DNA from: a virus
UHGV virus genome: UHGV-0127988
Direction: 5' to 3' (one strand)
Length of the DNA: 61,599 nt
Both the position numbers and the translations under genes were made by a program. The notes beneath the pieces are model-generated. The model had not been told where the DNA came from, searched no databases, and saw only the letters and a program-made list of their open reading frames with translations. This document shows, piece by piece, positions 27,625 to 36,183 of this stretch. Position 1 is the stretch's first letter; every line of letters starts with the position of its first letter.

Positions 27625-27870
27625 CTACCCGTGAACACGCTCACCCCCACGCACATCGAACCAGTCTCCCCACATCACCGCTGAGCCACCACGAAAATCA
27701 GGCACGCCGTCGCGCAGCTGCTCCCTTCCGTCGCCAAACTTCCGGTACTGCGTCAGAAAACGCAGCTGCGGACCTCTCGGAAACCCGTCAACAATTACCG
27801 GCTCGACTGCCATCTGACGTTTCGCTGATTTGCGACCCCAGCGCTTCGCTTTGATATCTCGTTTACTCAT
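27625..27870 (-). CDS. Hypothetical basic protein (81 aa)
   Basis: ATG with an AGGATGG box 6 nt upstream. The ORF track extends it to 27954, but that start has no ribosome-binding site. Confidence 0.45.
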   Translation of the reverse strand: MSKRDIKAKRWGRKSAKRQMAVEPVIVDGFPRGPQLRFLTQYRKFGDGREQLRDGVPDFRGGSAVMWGDWFDVRGGERVHG

Positions 27871-27964
27871 ATTCACCATCCTGAAAACATGCCGAACGTC
27901 GCGGCGGTTTTTGCTACGGTCAGGCCAATCGTAAAACCAATAATCAGCCCCCATTGTAATTTTG

Positions 27965-28135
27965 TCACATATTCCCCTTACGCCGGAAAACGCGGTTAAA
28001 TATCCAAGTCACACCGTCACAGATATAGGCGGCGAACATCATTACGACGTACAGCAAATACCCGCCCAGCGCGAAGACAGCGACCAGAACAATGATTCCA
28101 AAAACCAGCACGTCACCAATCGTATAGACAAACAT
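27965..28135 (-). CDS. Small membrane protein (56 aa)
   Basis: GGGGTGAGT ribosome-binding site then ATG. Translates to MFVYTIGDVLVFGIIVLVAVFALGGYLLYVVMMFAAYI..., two predicted TM helices. Below the ORF-track size cutoff. Confidence 0.4.
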   Translation of the reverse strand: MFVYTIGDVLVFGIIVLVAVFALGGYLLYVVMMFAAYICDGVTWIFNRVFRRKGNM

Positions 28136-28137
28136 AC

Positions 28138-28302
28138 TCACCCCTTACCGCCAGGCTGGCAGCTATCATTTTCACGACGACGGCGCAGCTCGATAAGCAG
28201 CATCAGCAGGTCAATTTCATCGCTGTCACGCTGGGAATCCTCCAGAACCTCGATCCATGCTTGCAGGCCGCCGTCTGGTTTTCTTTCATCGGTTATGCTC
28301 AC
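28138..28302 (-). CDS. Small acidic protein (54 aa; GTG start), translationally coupled to the downstream membrane peptide
   Basis: AAGGGGAG box before GTG. Stop TGA lies 2 nt before the next ATG. Hand translation only. Confidence 0.25.
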   Translation of the reverse strand: MSITDERKPDGGLQAWIEVLEDSQRDSDEIDLLMLLIELRRRRENDSCQPGGKG

Positions 28303-28490
28303 TTTCTCCCCTTAGCGCGGCGACGGCGCTTTGCTTCACGGCGTTCTTTGGCCTTTCCGGTATGGCGATCAGTGACCGGATAGCCGCCGGTAGGTTCAGC
28401 CAGAACCTGGGGCTGCGGCGTAGGCGTCCACTTCACCGGCGCGCCAACCAGGCCCAGCACGGCCACCATGCACATCTTCAGTCTGTTCAC
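28299..28490 (-). CDS. Small secreted basic protein (63 aa)
   Basis: N-terminal signal-peptide-like MNRLKMCMVAVLGLVGAPV. Lys/Arg-rich C-terminus. Confidence 0.45.
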   Translation of the reverse strand: MNRLKMCMVAVLGLVGAPVKWTPTPQPQVLAEPTGGYPVTDRHTGKAKERREAKRRRRAKGRK

Positions 28491-28780
28491 GTTTTATCCT
28501 CACCCCGGCAACCGGGGCACTCTGCGTAAATGTCGTAGGGGAAGCTGCTGCCCAGCTCATCGACCCATTGGTGATGCTCAGCGCACCAGAAAATCTCCCA
28601 CGGCAGTTTATATTCCAGCATCCACTTTTTGACGCTGTTGGTCATGCCGTCCGGTGCCAGCTCTTCCGGAAGGAGTTTCCCATCCAGCTCGCGCTCTGCC
28701 CTGGCAAGCATGCGCCGCAGATCGTGATTTTCGTTCTCCAGCGCATCCACGCGTAGCTGTAGCTCTGCTTTGGTTGCCAT
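28487..28780 (-). CDS. Hypothetical protein with Cys/His cluster (97 aa)
   Basis: N-terminal coiled coil. C-terminal CAEHH...CPGCRG motif. Confidence 0.5.
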   Translation of the reverse strand: MATKAELQLRVDALENENHDLRRMLARAERELDGKLLPEELAPDGMTNSVKKWMLEYKLPWEIFWCAEHHQWVDELGSSFPYDIYAECPGCRGEDKT

Positions 28781-29025
28781 CAGGCCACCTTGCCGCTAAA
28801 CGGCCAGTCCCGCAGCCGCCGCACGCCGATTTTGCGGAACCCCGCGCTGCACATCTTGTACCGGCGGTCGATAGAGGCGTCGCTTATCGCTTCCAGATAG
28901 GCCAGAAGCGTTTTCGGGCTGATCCCGTAGTCATCCGGGGAGAACTCCATGCACTGGCCTGGCTTCAGGAGCAGGAGCCAGTAGGCGATGCGCTCTCTGG
29001 TGGACGCTCTGATTTTATCGGTCAC
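28780..29025 (-). CDS. Hypothetical protein (81 aa)
   Basis: ORF with overlapping start and stop in the minus-strand operon. Confidence 0.45.
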   Translation of the reverse strand: MTDKIRASTRERIAYWLLLLKPGQCMEFSPDDYGISPKTLLAYLEAISDASIDRRYKMCSAGFRKIGVRRLRDWPFSGKVA

Positions 29026-29033
29026 AAGTCTCC

Positions 29034-29504
29034 CTAACGGTCGCTCGGACCGAAAGTAGGTTTCCCAACTGTGAAGGTGTCACCGCTTTTCGTCGCTGCC
29101 AGGCCTTCTTTCACGCTGTCGAAGGTTTTAGGCTCGCGCGGCAGGCGTGCCTCCATGATGGCGCGGACCAGGAAGAACGCATTATCGTTCGTGGCGTCGT
29201 CAGTGAAGGCACGCAGCGCGGCATCGACCGCTGGCGCATCCACTACGCCCTGAACGGTTTCGGCGGGGATTTCTGCATTCTCGACGCGAAGGCGGATAAG
29301 CTCCCAAACGTGCTCATATTCGGGCCAGTCGCTTTCGACGACGATGCACTTTAGCGGCTGCTTTTCCCGCTCGAACCGCATCCTGTCAACGCAGGTTTCA
29401 ATGTAGTTGAGCGCTGCAATCTCTATATTCCCAACATGACCAGCAGCCTGTGCAGCTTCTAAATCGATGCGCTTGATAACAATATAACGGTCTTCACGTT
29501 TCAT
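29034..29504 (-). CDS. Hypothetical protein (156 aa)
   Basis: GGGAG ribosome-binding site before ATG (MKREDRYIVIK...). Confidence 0.5.
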   Translation of the reverse strand: MKREDRYIVIKRIDLEAAQAAGHVGNIEIAALNYIETCVDRMRFEREKQPLKCIVVESDWPEYEHVWELIRLRVENAEIPAETVQGVVDAPAVDAALRAFTDDATNDNAFFLVRAIMEARLPREPKTFDSVKEGLAATKSGDTFTVGKPTFGPSDR

Positions 29505-29506
29505 AC

Positions 29507-29713
29507 TCACTCCCGCACCGATGGTGCGCATTTAACGGTATTACGTTCATCCCACGCGTCCAGCTCTGCTTCGTCATAGAGAACGGTTTTGCCTACCTTC
29601 GTGAACCTGGGGCCGATGCGCAACGAGCGCCAATTCGCCAGCGTGCGCACCGAGATAAGCCCCCGGTACCGGTCTGCTACTTCGTCCTGCGTGAGATACC
29701 TTTTCTTGCTCAT
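29507..29713 (-). CDS. AlpA/Xis-family excisionase-like DNA-binding protein (68 aa)
   Basis: MSKKRYLTQDEVADRYRGLISVRTLANWRSLRIGPRFTKVGKTVLYDEAELDAW is typical of AlpA-type HTH proteins. Confidence 0.65.
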   Translation of the reverse strand: MSKKRYLTQDEVADRYRGLISVRTLANWRSLRIGPRFTKVGKTVLYDEAELDAWDERNTVKCAPSVRE

Positions 29714-29845
29714 CCTGATTCGCTCCTGTTGCTGTTTCAGCAACGCTATTAACAAGGGCGAAACAGTCTGAAAAGGGGGAAGCGTGAACTTCCCCACCAT
29801 CCTACTTAAAGAGACTTTCTCTTTAGACTTGGGGCGATTGGTTGG

Positions 29846-30238
29846 TTAGTCGATCTCACTGCCGTGGTCTTCCATCGCCTGCCGCAAAATCGGCAGCGCC
29901 TCCGTCCAGGGCAATTCGATTGCTTTCTCTATTGCCCGGTAAAGCCCTATTGCGTCACACTCCCAGCTTTCTGCGGTGCTCTGCCAGTCGCCTTCCTCCT
30001 CCAGCTCAGTTTCAAGTTGCGATATCTGGTTTTCGTAGTCTGCACGCACCTCGTCACGTACTTCGCTGCGAACGTGGTCTTTGAGGACTTCGATGATCTC
30101 CTCAGTGGTGCATACCCCCAGCATTTGCTCAGGGTCCGGCTTGCCACAATATTTAAGAATTAGCGCCTGGCACATTGTCACCAGCCTTAGCCGCGCGCTC
30201 AGCTGCGGCGTATTCACTTCCGAGAATTTCCACGCCAC
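29846..30238 (-). CDS. Hypothetical acidic protein (up to 130 aa; start uncertain)
   Basis: The longest ORF overlaps the upstream gene by 85 nt. An internal Met at about 30175 is the more likely start. Confidence 0.4.
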   Translation of the reverse strand: MAWKFSEVNTPQLSARLRLVTMCQALILKYCGKPDPEQMLGVCTTEEIIEVLKDHVRSEVRDEVRADYENQISQLETELEEEGDWQSTAESWECDAIGLYRAIEKAIELPWTEALPILRQAMEDHGSEID

Positions 30239-30689
30239 CGGCTTCCGGCTTCGGCGTGGCCCCAGTTCCGACGTAGATCACGTCGCCATGACGGAACGCG
30301 GCAAAACCGCAAAACATGAGGTTTCCCCAGTCCAGACCGACAGACTCATAGAACGCTTCACGGTCGGCGGTGATATGCGGCCGCTGGTCATTCCACAGCT
30401 GCCACAGTGCCTCTGATTCACGCTTCAGGTTGGCAGGCACCTTAACGCGAGGCTGGCGCGCGCCGCCGTTCTTGCTGGTACCCTTCGTCCACAGGTCTTC
30501 GTGTCCATACGCGCGGCCGAAGAACACGACGCCATAAAAGCGCCAGTCGCACATGGTCTTTTGATAGGCCGGATTACCGCCGAACAGGGCCGCAAACGTC
30601 GATCCCTGCTTCTTCAGCTCTTCTTCCTGGCGCACCATTTCATCCCAGGCGGCCAGGGCTTCAGCGCTGGTAAATTTCCAGTAGCTCAT
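30153..30689 (-). CDS. Hypothetical protein (178 aa)
   Basis: ORF in the leftward early operon. No motif recognised. Confidence 0.5.
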   Translation of the reverse strand: MSYWKFTSAEALAAWDEMVRQEEELKKQGSTFAALFGGNPAYQKTMCDWRFYGVVFFGRAYGHEDLWTKGTSKNGGARQPRVKVPANLKRESEALWQLWNDQRPHITADREAFYESVGLDWGNLMFCGFAAFRHGDVIYVGTGATPKPEAGGVEILGSEYAAAERAAKAGDNVPGANS

Positions 30690-30931
30690 TTCCCCTCCGT
30701 GACTTCACCGATAATGTCGTCTTCGCCGTGGTGCTCGTGGCGGCTCGATGTCGGATGTGTCAGCGCATACGTCAGCGTGAATGCTTCCCCATCGTGATAG
30801 CCGAACCAGTTAGCAGTAGCTGATACGATGGTCCCTCGTACTTCTTTGCCGCGATGGTCGCGGTAGTTCACCTTTGCGCCGATGTGATATTTCGGCTGGG
30901 CCGGTGCGCCCAGGTGGCGTTTCTTGAGCAT
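30686..30931 (-). CDS. Hypothetical protein (81 aa)
   Basis: GGGGGG ribosome-binding site before ATG (MLKKRHLG...). The ORF track extends it to 31048. Confidence 0.45.
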   Translation of the reverse strand: MLKKRHLGAPAQPKYHIGAKVNYRDHRGKEVRGTIVSATANWFGYHDGEAFTLTYALTHPTSSRHEHHGEDDIIGEVTEGK

Positions 30932-31078
30932 AACCCCCCCGTCAAATGAGAGTAAAAAAGACGGCGGCCGCCGAACCGCACACGATGGTGATAGCCAGAT
31001 CACTCCAGAAAGTGCGGCGCTCTTTTGCATCGCGAAAGCGGGATGCATCGATCATGAGCTGACGATTATTCATTTTCT

Positions 31079-31261
31079 TCAGCCCTTCTCATTCCAGCGC
31101 TCAGCGGCGCGCGCTGGCTGCTTACTGATTGGACCGGAACGCCCACAAGCGGAGCAGCTGACGTAATACTTTGTCTTGCCACCTTCGCTGGTGATGTTCA
31201 TTTTTGGCGTAGCACCGCACTGGCAGTGCAGCTCTGGCAATTTTTCCACAATAGACCTCAA
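31079..31261 (-). CDS. lar: Lar-family restriction-alleviation protein-like zinc ribbon (60 aa)
   Basis: C.C ... YYVSCSACG ... AAERWN pattern (CxC...CxxC zinc ribbon with a C-terminal WN), as in Rac-prophage Lar (TIGR03655 type). Confidence 0.5.
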   Translation of the reverse strand: MRSIVEKLPELHCQCGATPKMNITSEGGKTKYYVSCSACGRSGPISKQPARAAERWNEKG

Positions 31262-31671
31262 TTAAATTCGTCAATATAAAGCCCGGCAGCGATAAGCCTC
31301 GCCCGGCGTTTTGCGCGCTCAGTGTTGAGGCGCTTGGTTTCCTTACTGGCGGTGAGGAAGGTCTTTCGCGTGTATCGAGGCGTTTCGCCGCTCGGTGTTA
31401 CCCGTCTCGGCTTGCGCTCCAGGCTGTAAGTCCTGTCTCTGCCGCCGTCCGGAAGCTGGAACCACTCAGACGCTTTGATCGAGATGGTGGCTTCATCAGG
31501 CTTCCACTTCGAGGCGATGTGATTCATCTGCACTCTGGTGATACCGAAAATTTCCGCCAGCTCGGTGCCGGTGGCTGGGCCTTTGGATAAGCGCCAGGCA
31601 ACCCGTTCTTTCGTACCCGCCAGGCTGGTGGTCTGATCCCCAGCGCGGCGGTAAAAGGCTACCCGCTTCAT
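31258..31671 (-). CDS. HTH DNA-binding protein (137 aa)
   Basis: Helix-turn-helix-like ATGTELAEIFGITRVQMNHI. Basic C-terminus. Confidence 0.5.
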   Translation of the reverse strand: MKRVAFYRRAGDQTTSLAGTKERVAWRLSKGPATGTELAEIFGITRVQMNHIASKWKPDEATISIKASEWFQLPDGGRDRTYSLERKPRRVTPSGETPRYTRKTFLTASKETKRLNTERAKRRARLIAAGLYIDEFN

Positions 31672-32477
31672 CAGTCCACCGACGGGTAATAAATATCGTC
31701 TGCATCGCGCGCATCGAGGATCAGCAGGCTATCGCCGTAGTAGAGCGCCCCCACCAGCTTTTCGAACTTGCCGCGGAATTGAACCGGCTTTTTCCCCAGT
31801 GCGTCGCCATACTCAAGCTTACCGCTGAAAAGCGAGTAGACAGGGTGTCCATCCTGCATAACAGGCTTGTCAGTACGCTCCTCTCTAATGGTCTTTTGAT
31901 GGAAGCCTAAATAGACCTCGCAAGAATGCGCCTTCTCTTTCCGCTCTTTTCGCAGGAAACCATAGGAGCTTTCAGATGCTGGTTCTTTTTCGAAACCGAT
32001 GTAGAAAAATCCGTCGCGTTCATCATCATTGATAACTACCTGCGGAGCTTCCCACCCTTCGTGTGCCGCCTCTTCCTGGTTATCTTCAATGTACGCCGCC
32101 CACAGGTCAGACGCTTTGATGAATTTCGGCGTCTGATCCTGCTCAATGAAGCCCTTCACCAGCTCCTGCATCTGCGTTACCAGGTGCTCGCTGACGGCGT
32201 TGGCCTTCCACTGCTCATCGAGCGTGCGCGCCAGCAGGAGGTTATATCGAGGAAGATCACACACGGCAGTGATGTTGGCAGGTAATGCCTCTTTCAGCGC
32301 TTCCTTCACTGCATCGGGGAATTTCCCCCAGCTGAACGTGTCTTTGATAGCGCTTTCGTACAGCTTGCGCACATGAGTGCGGATCATATCGTTAAATTCG
32401 TCTGACGCTTCAAACTGGCGGCAGTGCTCATTGATGGCATTCGCCAGGCTGGTAGAAATATTGTTTTCGGTAGACAT
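31671..32477 (-). CDS. Hypothetical protein (268 aa)
   Basis: Long ORF in the early operon. No recognised motif. Confidence 0.5.
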   Translation of the reverse strand: MSTENNISTSLANAINEHCRQFEASDEFNDMIRTHVRKLYESAIKDTFSWGKFPDAVKEALKEALPANITAVCDLPRYNLLLARTLDEQWKANAVSEHLVTQMQELVKGFIEQDQTPKFIKASDLWAAYIEDNQEEAAHEGWEAPQVVINDDERDGFFYIGFEKEPASESSYGFLRKERKEKAHSCEVYLGFHQKTIREERTDKPVMQDGHPVYSLFSGKLEYGDALGKKPVQFRGKFEKLVGALYYGDSLLILDARDADDIYYPSVD

Positions 32478-32486
32478 ATCCTTTCC

Positions 32487-32696
32487 TCAGACAGAAGCCG
32501 GGCCGATGTAGGCGAAAGAATTCACGTTGAGCACTTCGACGCGGATCCCCAGGTCGTTCGCGATAGCCTGGCGGGCCGCGAAATAGCTTTCGGTATTGCT
32601 GATAACCGGCAGCAGCAGAACGCCGTCATGATGGACGGTGCCGCGTGCGTTGTTGAACCATGCGGAGTAGTGATAGACCGCTATTTCATTTCCCAT
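32487..32696 (-). CDS. Hypothetical protein (69 aa)
   Basis: ORF in the operon. Confidence 0.4.
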   Translation of the reverse strand: MGNEIAVYHYSAWFNNARGTVHHDGVLLLPVISNTESYFAARQAIANDLGIRVEVLNVNSFAYIGPASV

Positions 32697-32925
32697 TGCC
32701 TTTCCTTACTAATTTTCCGGTTGCGGTATCGAAGCGGTGATCGCTCTCGAATGGCCGGATACGGTTATATTTCCGGGGAGGCTCGTTCACATAGGTGAGC
32801 TTGCCCGGCGTAAAAATCGCGATGTCAGCTATTTCGAAGTGGGCGGCCACCTTGCGGATCATGTCCTGCAGGTCGGCTTCTTCTGCATGCTGCCATACAG
32901 CGGCGCGCCCCACTTCGATTTTCAT
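32686..32925 (-). CDS. Hypothetical protein (79 aa)
   Basis: ORF in the operon. Confidence 0.4.
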   Translation of the reverse strand: MKIEVGRAAVWQHAEEADLQDMIRKVAAHFEIADIAIFTPGKLTYVNEPPRKYNRIRPFESDHRFDTATGKLVRKGNGK

Positions 32926-33716
32926 CAGAACGCCCTGATACGTTCCAGCAGCACGCGCTGGTATTCAGCCATAAACAGGGACTGCTCTTTGAGACGGTTG
33001 CGCTCTTCGACGCTCAGGGAGCGATACAGGTCGGTGTCGAAGAACTTCGTCAGATCCTGGTGGCGGTTAAAAAGCTGGTCGTAATCTTCGATCACGCGGC
33101 GCTGGTGCGGGAGAGTGTTGCTAACAAAATTCAGCGTTTCACGGCCATCGCTGGAAACAGTGCGATAGCTTGGCTCGTCCACATTTTTTCCAACAACCTG
33201 CCAGTCATCAGCCATAAGGTCGCCAATTGAAGGCACCCACTGAACGACGATACCCTGCGCATTTTTCAGAACCAGGCCATCGGCAACGGAAAACGCGGTA
33301 CTGTCGTGCTCAGAACGGAAAACCAGCCCGGAGTTTCTGACCAGTTCCACCCACTGATTAGAGCCGTTCCACCCAGCGCGCTGCACGCGCTTACCCTCTT
33401 TCAGGCACATCAGGGCGTCGGAGAAGTCGGCAGCGTTCAAGTCAATCTCAGCTTCAGGGATATAGGCGGAATAGCCAGCTTCGAAGGCAGCCGCCGGTGA
33501 GTAGGACAGATATCCGTCCTCATAAGCGACGAGATAGCCGCCAATATCCGGGTTATGTTTGTTAAGCCACCCAGTTGGCGCAAAAAGCCATTTATTAACC
33601 ACCCCATCAACATCAAGAAAAACGGCATCTTCATTGGGGTTGCGGGCGGTCGCAAGAATCTTGCCAGCGCGAACTACCTTATGGCATTTGTACTGCGGAA
33701 GTTCATTAACGTTCAT
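32925..33716 (-). CDS. DUF2829-domain protein (Tad2-like fold) with extra N- and C-terminal regions (263 aa)
   Basis: Central FSDALMCLKEGKRVQRAGWNGSNQWVELV...QWVPSIGDLMADDWQVV matches the DUF2829 signature (F.eAl..lk.GkkV.R.GWng...). The N-terminus has a degenerate echo (YKCHKVVRAGKIL). Confidence 0.6.
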   Translation of the reverse strand: MNVNELPQYKCHKVVRAGKILATARNPNEDAVFLDVDGVVNKWLFAPTGWLNKHNPDIGGYLVAYEDGYLSYSPAAAFEAGYSAYIPEAEIDLNAADFSDALMCLKEGKRVQRAGWNGSNQWVELVRNSGLVFRSEHDSTAFSVADGLVLKNAQGIVVQWVPSIGDLMADDWQVVGKNVDEPSYRTVSSDGRETLNFVSNTLPHQRRVIEDYDQLFNRHQDLTKFFDTDLYRSLSVEERNRLKEQSLFMAEYQRVLLERIRAF

Positions 33717-33724
33717 ACCTTTCC

Positions 33725-34048
33725 TTAGCCCTGTAGGGCGGTGAATTTTCTTCGTTTGGGTCCGGTGAGGATCCCGTCAGTCTGCGCTTTATAAACCACC
33801 TGCGCTTTATCTTTCCCCAGCGAGTCAGCTATTTCTCTCGCTGTCATCAGCGCTGCATTCTTACGTAAGAAGCGGATATCTTCGTCTGGCCACCGGGTAA
33901 AGCGGACGCCCATCCTCTCCGCTTTGCATCTTACGGCCTCTGCTGTGCGTTTCAGGCGCAGCCCGATGTATTCAGCAGAGAACCGGTGAGCATTGGAGGC
34001 CAACCAGGCCTTTTCCTCGTCGGTCCAGGGCCGCCAGGTTTCCGGCAT
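33725..34048 (-). CDS. Tandem Myb/SANT-like HTH DNA-binding protein (107 aa)
   Basis: AAGGGGG ribosome-binding site. Two W..(E/D)E..W-type repeats (WTDEEKAWLA... and WPDEDIRFLR...). Confidence 0.45.
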   Translation of the reverse strand: MPETWRPWTDEEKAWLASNAHRFSAEYIGLRLKRTAEAVRCKAERMGVRFTRWPDEDIRFLRKNAALMTAREIADSLGKDKAQVVYKAQTDGILTGPKRRKFTALQG

Positions 34049-34150
34049 ACATCCCCCTTTGTTGGTGGTGATTATGTGAGCGGTCATCATTTAACCGCTG
34101 CAATCCTGTGTTGCTATATTAGAACAATATATTTGAGAACAGCAACACTT

Positions 34151-34747
34151 TTAGGCGTGTTGCGTGAAATAAATCCTACGAACCCAATCGACTTTCATGC
34201 TCTGCCTGGCGATGCCCGCCGCGCCGGTGACGTTGTATGTCCCGCGCTGATAGCCCTTCGAAAGCGTGCCGATTATCTTGTCTCCGCCCTCGACGTGCGC
34301 CACGCAGTAGCTGCCGATCTCGTCGCTGGCATCCACCCTTGGGCCGACAAAGAACACCCATCCATCCAGAAAGGAGAACGGCGTATTCGCTGTGCGGGCC
34401 TGTATAGCTACGGTATCCGGCGGCAGGTCTGCTATCGGAAGTGGCACCCGTTCCCGAACGTCATCGGGGACAGGGGAGACGGTCAAATCCCCTTTCAGGA
34501 AGCCGATCACTTTGGCGTACTTCCGCTCACCCCGCACTTCCTCGATACCGGCATTCACCATGACCTCAACCACCGGTACGCCGAGCATTCTGGCGATGGT
34601 TGCGGCTTCTGCCAGCTGCATGCGCCGGTACCCGCCGAACGTTCTGGAGAGCTGGGACGGTGAGCAGTTCATTTCCCTGGCGATAGCCCGAAGGGAGATC
34701 CGGCGATCTTTCATCAGGTCGTCAAAATATTTTTTGTTCACAGGCAT
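34151..34747 (-). CDS. cI: CI-like repressor (N-terminal HTH_XRE; C-terminal domain without an S24 Ser/Lys motif)
   Basis: GGGAGG ribosome-binding site. HTH ISLRAIAREMNCSPSQLSRTFGG. Divergent to a cro-like gene. Confidence 0.65.
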   Translation of the reverse strand: MPVNKKYFDDLMKDRRISLRAIAREMNCSPSQLSRTFGGYRRMQLAEAATIARMLGVPVVEVMVNAGIEEVRGERKYAKVIGFLKGDLTVSPVPDDVRERVPLPIADLPPDTVAIQARTANTPFSFLDGWVFFVGPRVDASDEIGSYCVAHVEGGDKIIGTLSKGYQRGTYNVTGAAGIARQSMKVDWVRRIYFTQHA

Positions 34748-34794
34748 ACGCGCCTCCCGGTACTTCACTTTGGATCACGTTCCTACCCGTTGCG

Positions 34795-34832
34795 TTGCTA
34801 AATTGCAATCATGCGTTTGCTTTTGGCATTAT
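34795..34832 (+). promoter_or_regulatory. PR-like promoter (TTGCAA-N18-CATTAT) overlapping a TTGC-N6-GCAA operator-like palindrome
   Basis: Read from the sequence in the cI/cro intergenic region. TTGCTAAATTGCAA at 34795-34808. Confidence 0.45.
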
Positions 34833-34876
34833 TTTTTGCCAACATAGTTGCTATGAGGACAACACGGCGAGGCAAC

Positions 34877-35161
34877 ATGAATTTTAAATCGATTAACGAC
34901 ATCACCCCGATCACGCTGCGGCAGTACCGCAAAGAGAAGGGCATTTCTCAGCGTGATTTTTGGGAGGCTATCCACGTATCGAAAGGTACGGGATGCCGGA
35001 TTGAAAGCGGGCAGAAGATACTGACGGATTCACTGCGTCTTCTGGTTCTTGAAACTTACGGGGAGAAAGATGATGCCGTGACCAAGGCAAGGAAATTACT
35101 TGCGGAGGCTGTAGCGCTTCTTTCGCCTGGCACACCAGAAGTCAATGAGGTGAAGAAATGA
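34877..35161 (+). CDS. cro: Cro/CII-like HTH regulator (94 aa)
   Basis: GAGG ribosome-binding site. HTH ISQRDFWEAIHVSKGTGCRIESGQ. Divergent from cI. Confidence 0.6.
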   Translation: MNFKSINDITPITLRQYRKEKGISQRDFWEAIHVSKGTGCRIESGQKILTDSLRLLVLETYGEKDDAVTKARKLLAEAVALLSPGTPEVNEVKK

Positions 35162-35292
35162 GCGGAGATAGCATTTTCGCCCTGTGCATGACTGTAGCGG
35201 CCGTATTTTTCTTTATCGGCTACTTCAGCGGGCGTTCTGACGAGCGCGATGCGGAAATTCGCCGCGCTATAGTTAGAAACGCGAAAAAGTAG
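35158..35292 (+). CDS. Small membrane protein (44 aa)
   Basis: ATGA overlap with the cro stop. One TM helix (IFALCMTVAAVFFFIGYF). Confidence 0.35.
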   Translation: MSGDSIFALCMTVAAVFFFIGYFSGRSDERDAEIRRAIVRNAKK

Positions 35293-35350
35293 TCATCACA
35301 TAAGTATATGGTGTACACTATCTGTGTGATAACTGAATAGGTGCGCCAAT

Positions 35351-35875
35351 GTGAAAGAAGAAATATGGGTTAACGCTTACGAGTGGGAAGATTTTTACGA
35401 AGTATCTGATGCAGGAAGAGTTAGATCGAAAGTCAGAGAGGGAAAAACAACTCTTGGCTTTCGTAAGTACGGCGGGAAAATACTTCAACCAGTGAAGAAA
35501 ACTAACGGCTACCTGGCCGTGAACTTCACCAGAAAGGGGGCTAGGCGGCAGGTTGCAATTCATCGGTTAGTTCTTTCGTCCTTCGTTGAACCAGCCCCAT
35601 CAGGAATGGAAGCATGTCACAACGATGGAGATCGGGAGAATAACAGGCTTGAAAACCTTAGATGGGATACGCGGAAGGAAAATCACGCAGACAAGAAGAA
35701 GCACGGCACCTGGCAGGGCGGAGAAAAATCCGGGACGAGTAAGTTAACGGACGATTTGGTTCGTTACATTCGCGCTTCTTCAGAAAGTCACGAAACACTC
35801 GCGAATGAAATTGGTGTTCATAAGAGCTGCATTGAAAAGGTTAGATACGGCGAAACGTGGAGGCACGTTAAATAA
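35351..35875 (+). CDS. HNH homing-endonuclease-like protein (NUMOD4 plus HNH)
   Basis: WEDFYEVSDAGRVRS (NUMOD4) and ACHNDGDRENNRLENLRWDTRKENHAD (HNH). Confidence 0.7.
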   Translation: MKEEIWVNAYEWEDFYEVSDAGRVRSKVREGKTTLGFRKYGGKILQPVKKTNGYLAVNFTRKGARRQVAIHRLVLSSFVEPAPSGMEACHNDGDRENNRLENLRWDTRKENHADKKKHGTWQGGEKSGTSKLTDDLVRYIRASSESHETLANEIGVHKSCIEKVRYGETWRHVK

Positions 35876-36183
35876 TGGCAACAAAACACAGAACCAAAGG
35901 GGATAACGCCTGGATGGGGGCTATCGTAGAAATTGGCTGTATTGCCTGTTTGGTCCAAGGTACGCCGGGAACAATCCCTGAAATTCATCATATCCGGGCG
36001 GGCCAGGGGCGAGGGCAACGTTCCGATCATCAGAAAAGCATCGCGCTTTGCCCGGCGCACCATCGCGGCACGCATCACCCGGACATTGCCAGCATCCACA
36101 TGGCGAAACGCGCCTTCATTGAGCAGTTCGGCACCGAAGAAGAGCTGTTTGAGCGCACTAAACAGGAGCTGGGCTGGGAATGA
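35875..36183 (+). CDS. Ref-like RecA-dependent nuclease / HNH-fold protein (102 aa)
   Basis: CIAC...IHHIR...LCPAHHRGTHH Cys/His pattern. Confidence 0.45.
   Translation: MATKHRTKGDNAWMGAIVEIGCIACLVQGTPGTIPEIHHIRAGQGRGQRSDHQKSIALCPAHHRGTHHPDIASIHMAKRAFIEQFGTEEELFERTKQELGWE

Noticed and set aside
27871-27960. Possible 30-aa TM peptide (GTG start) overlapping the 5' extension of the 27625-27954 ORF
   Set aside because: Weak start, no clear ribosome-binding site, and two mutually exclusive overlapping frames. Unresolvable by eye.
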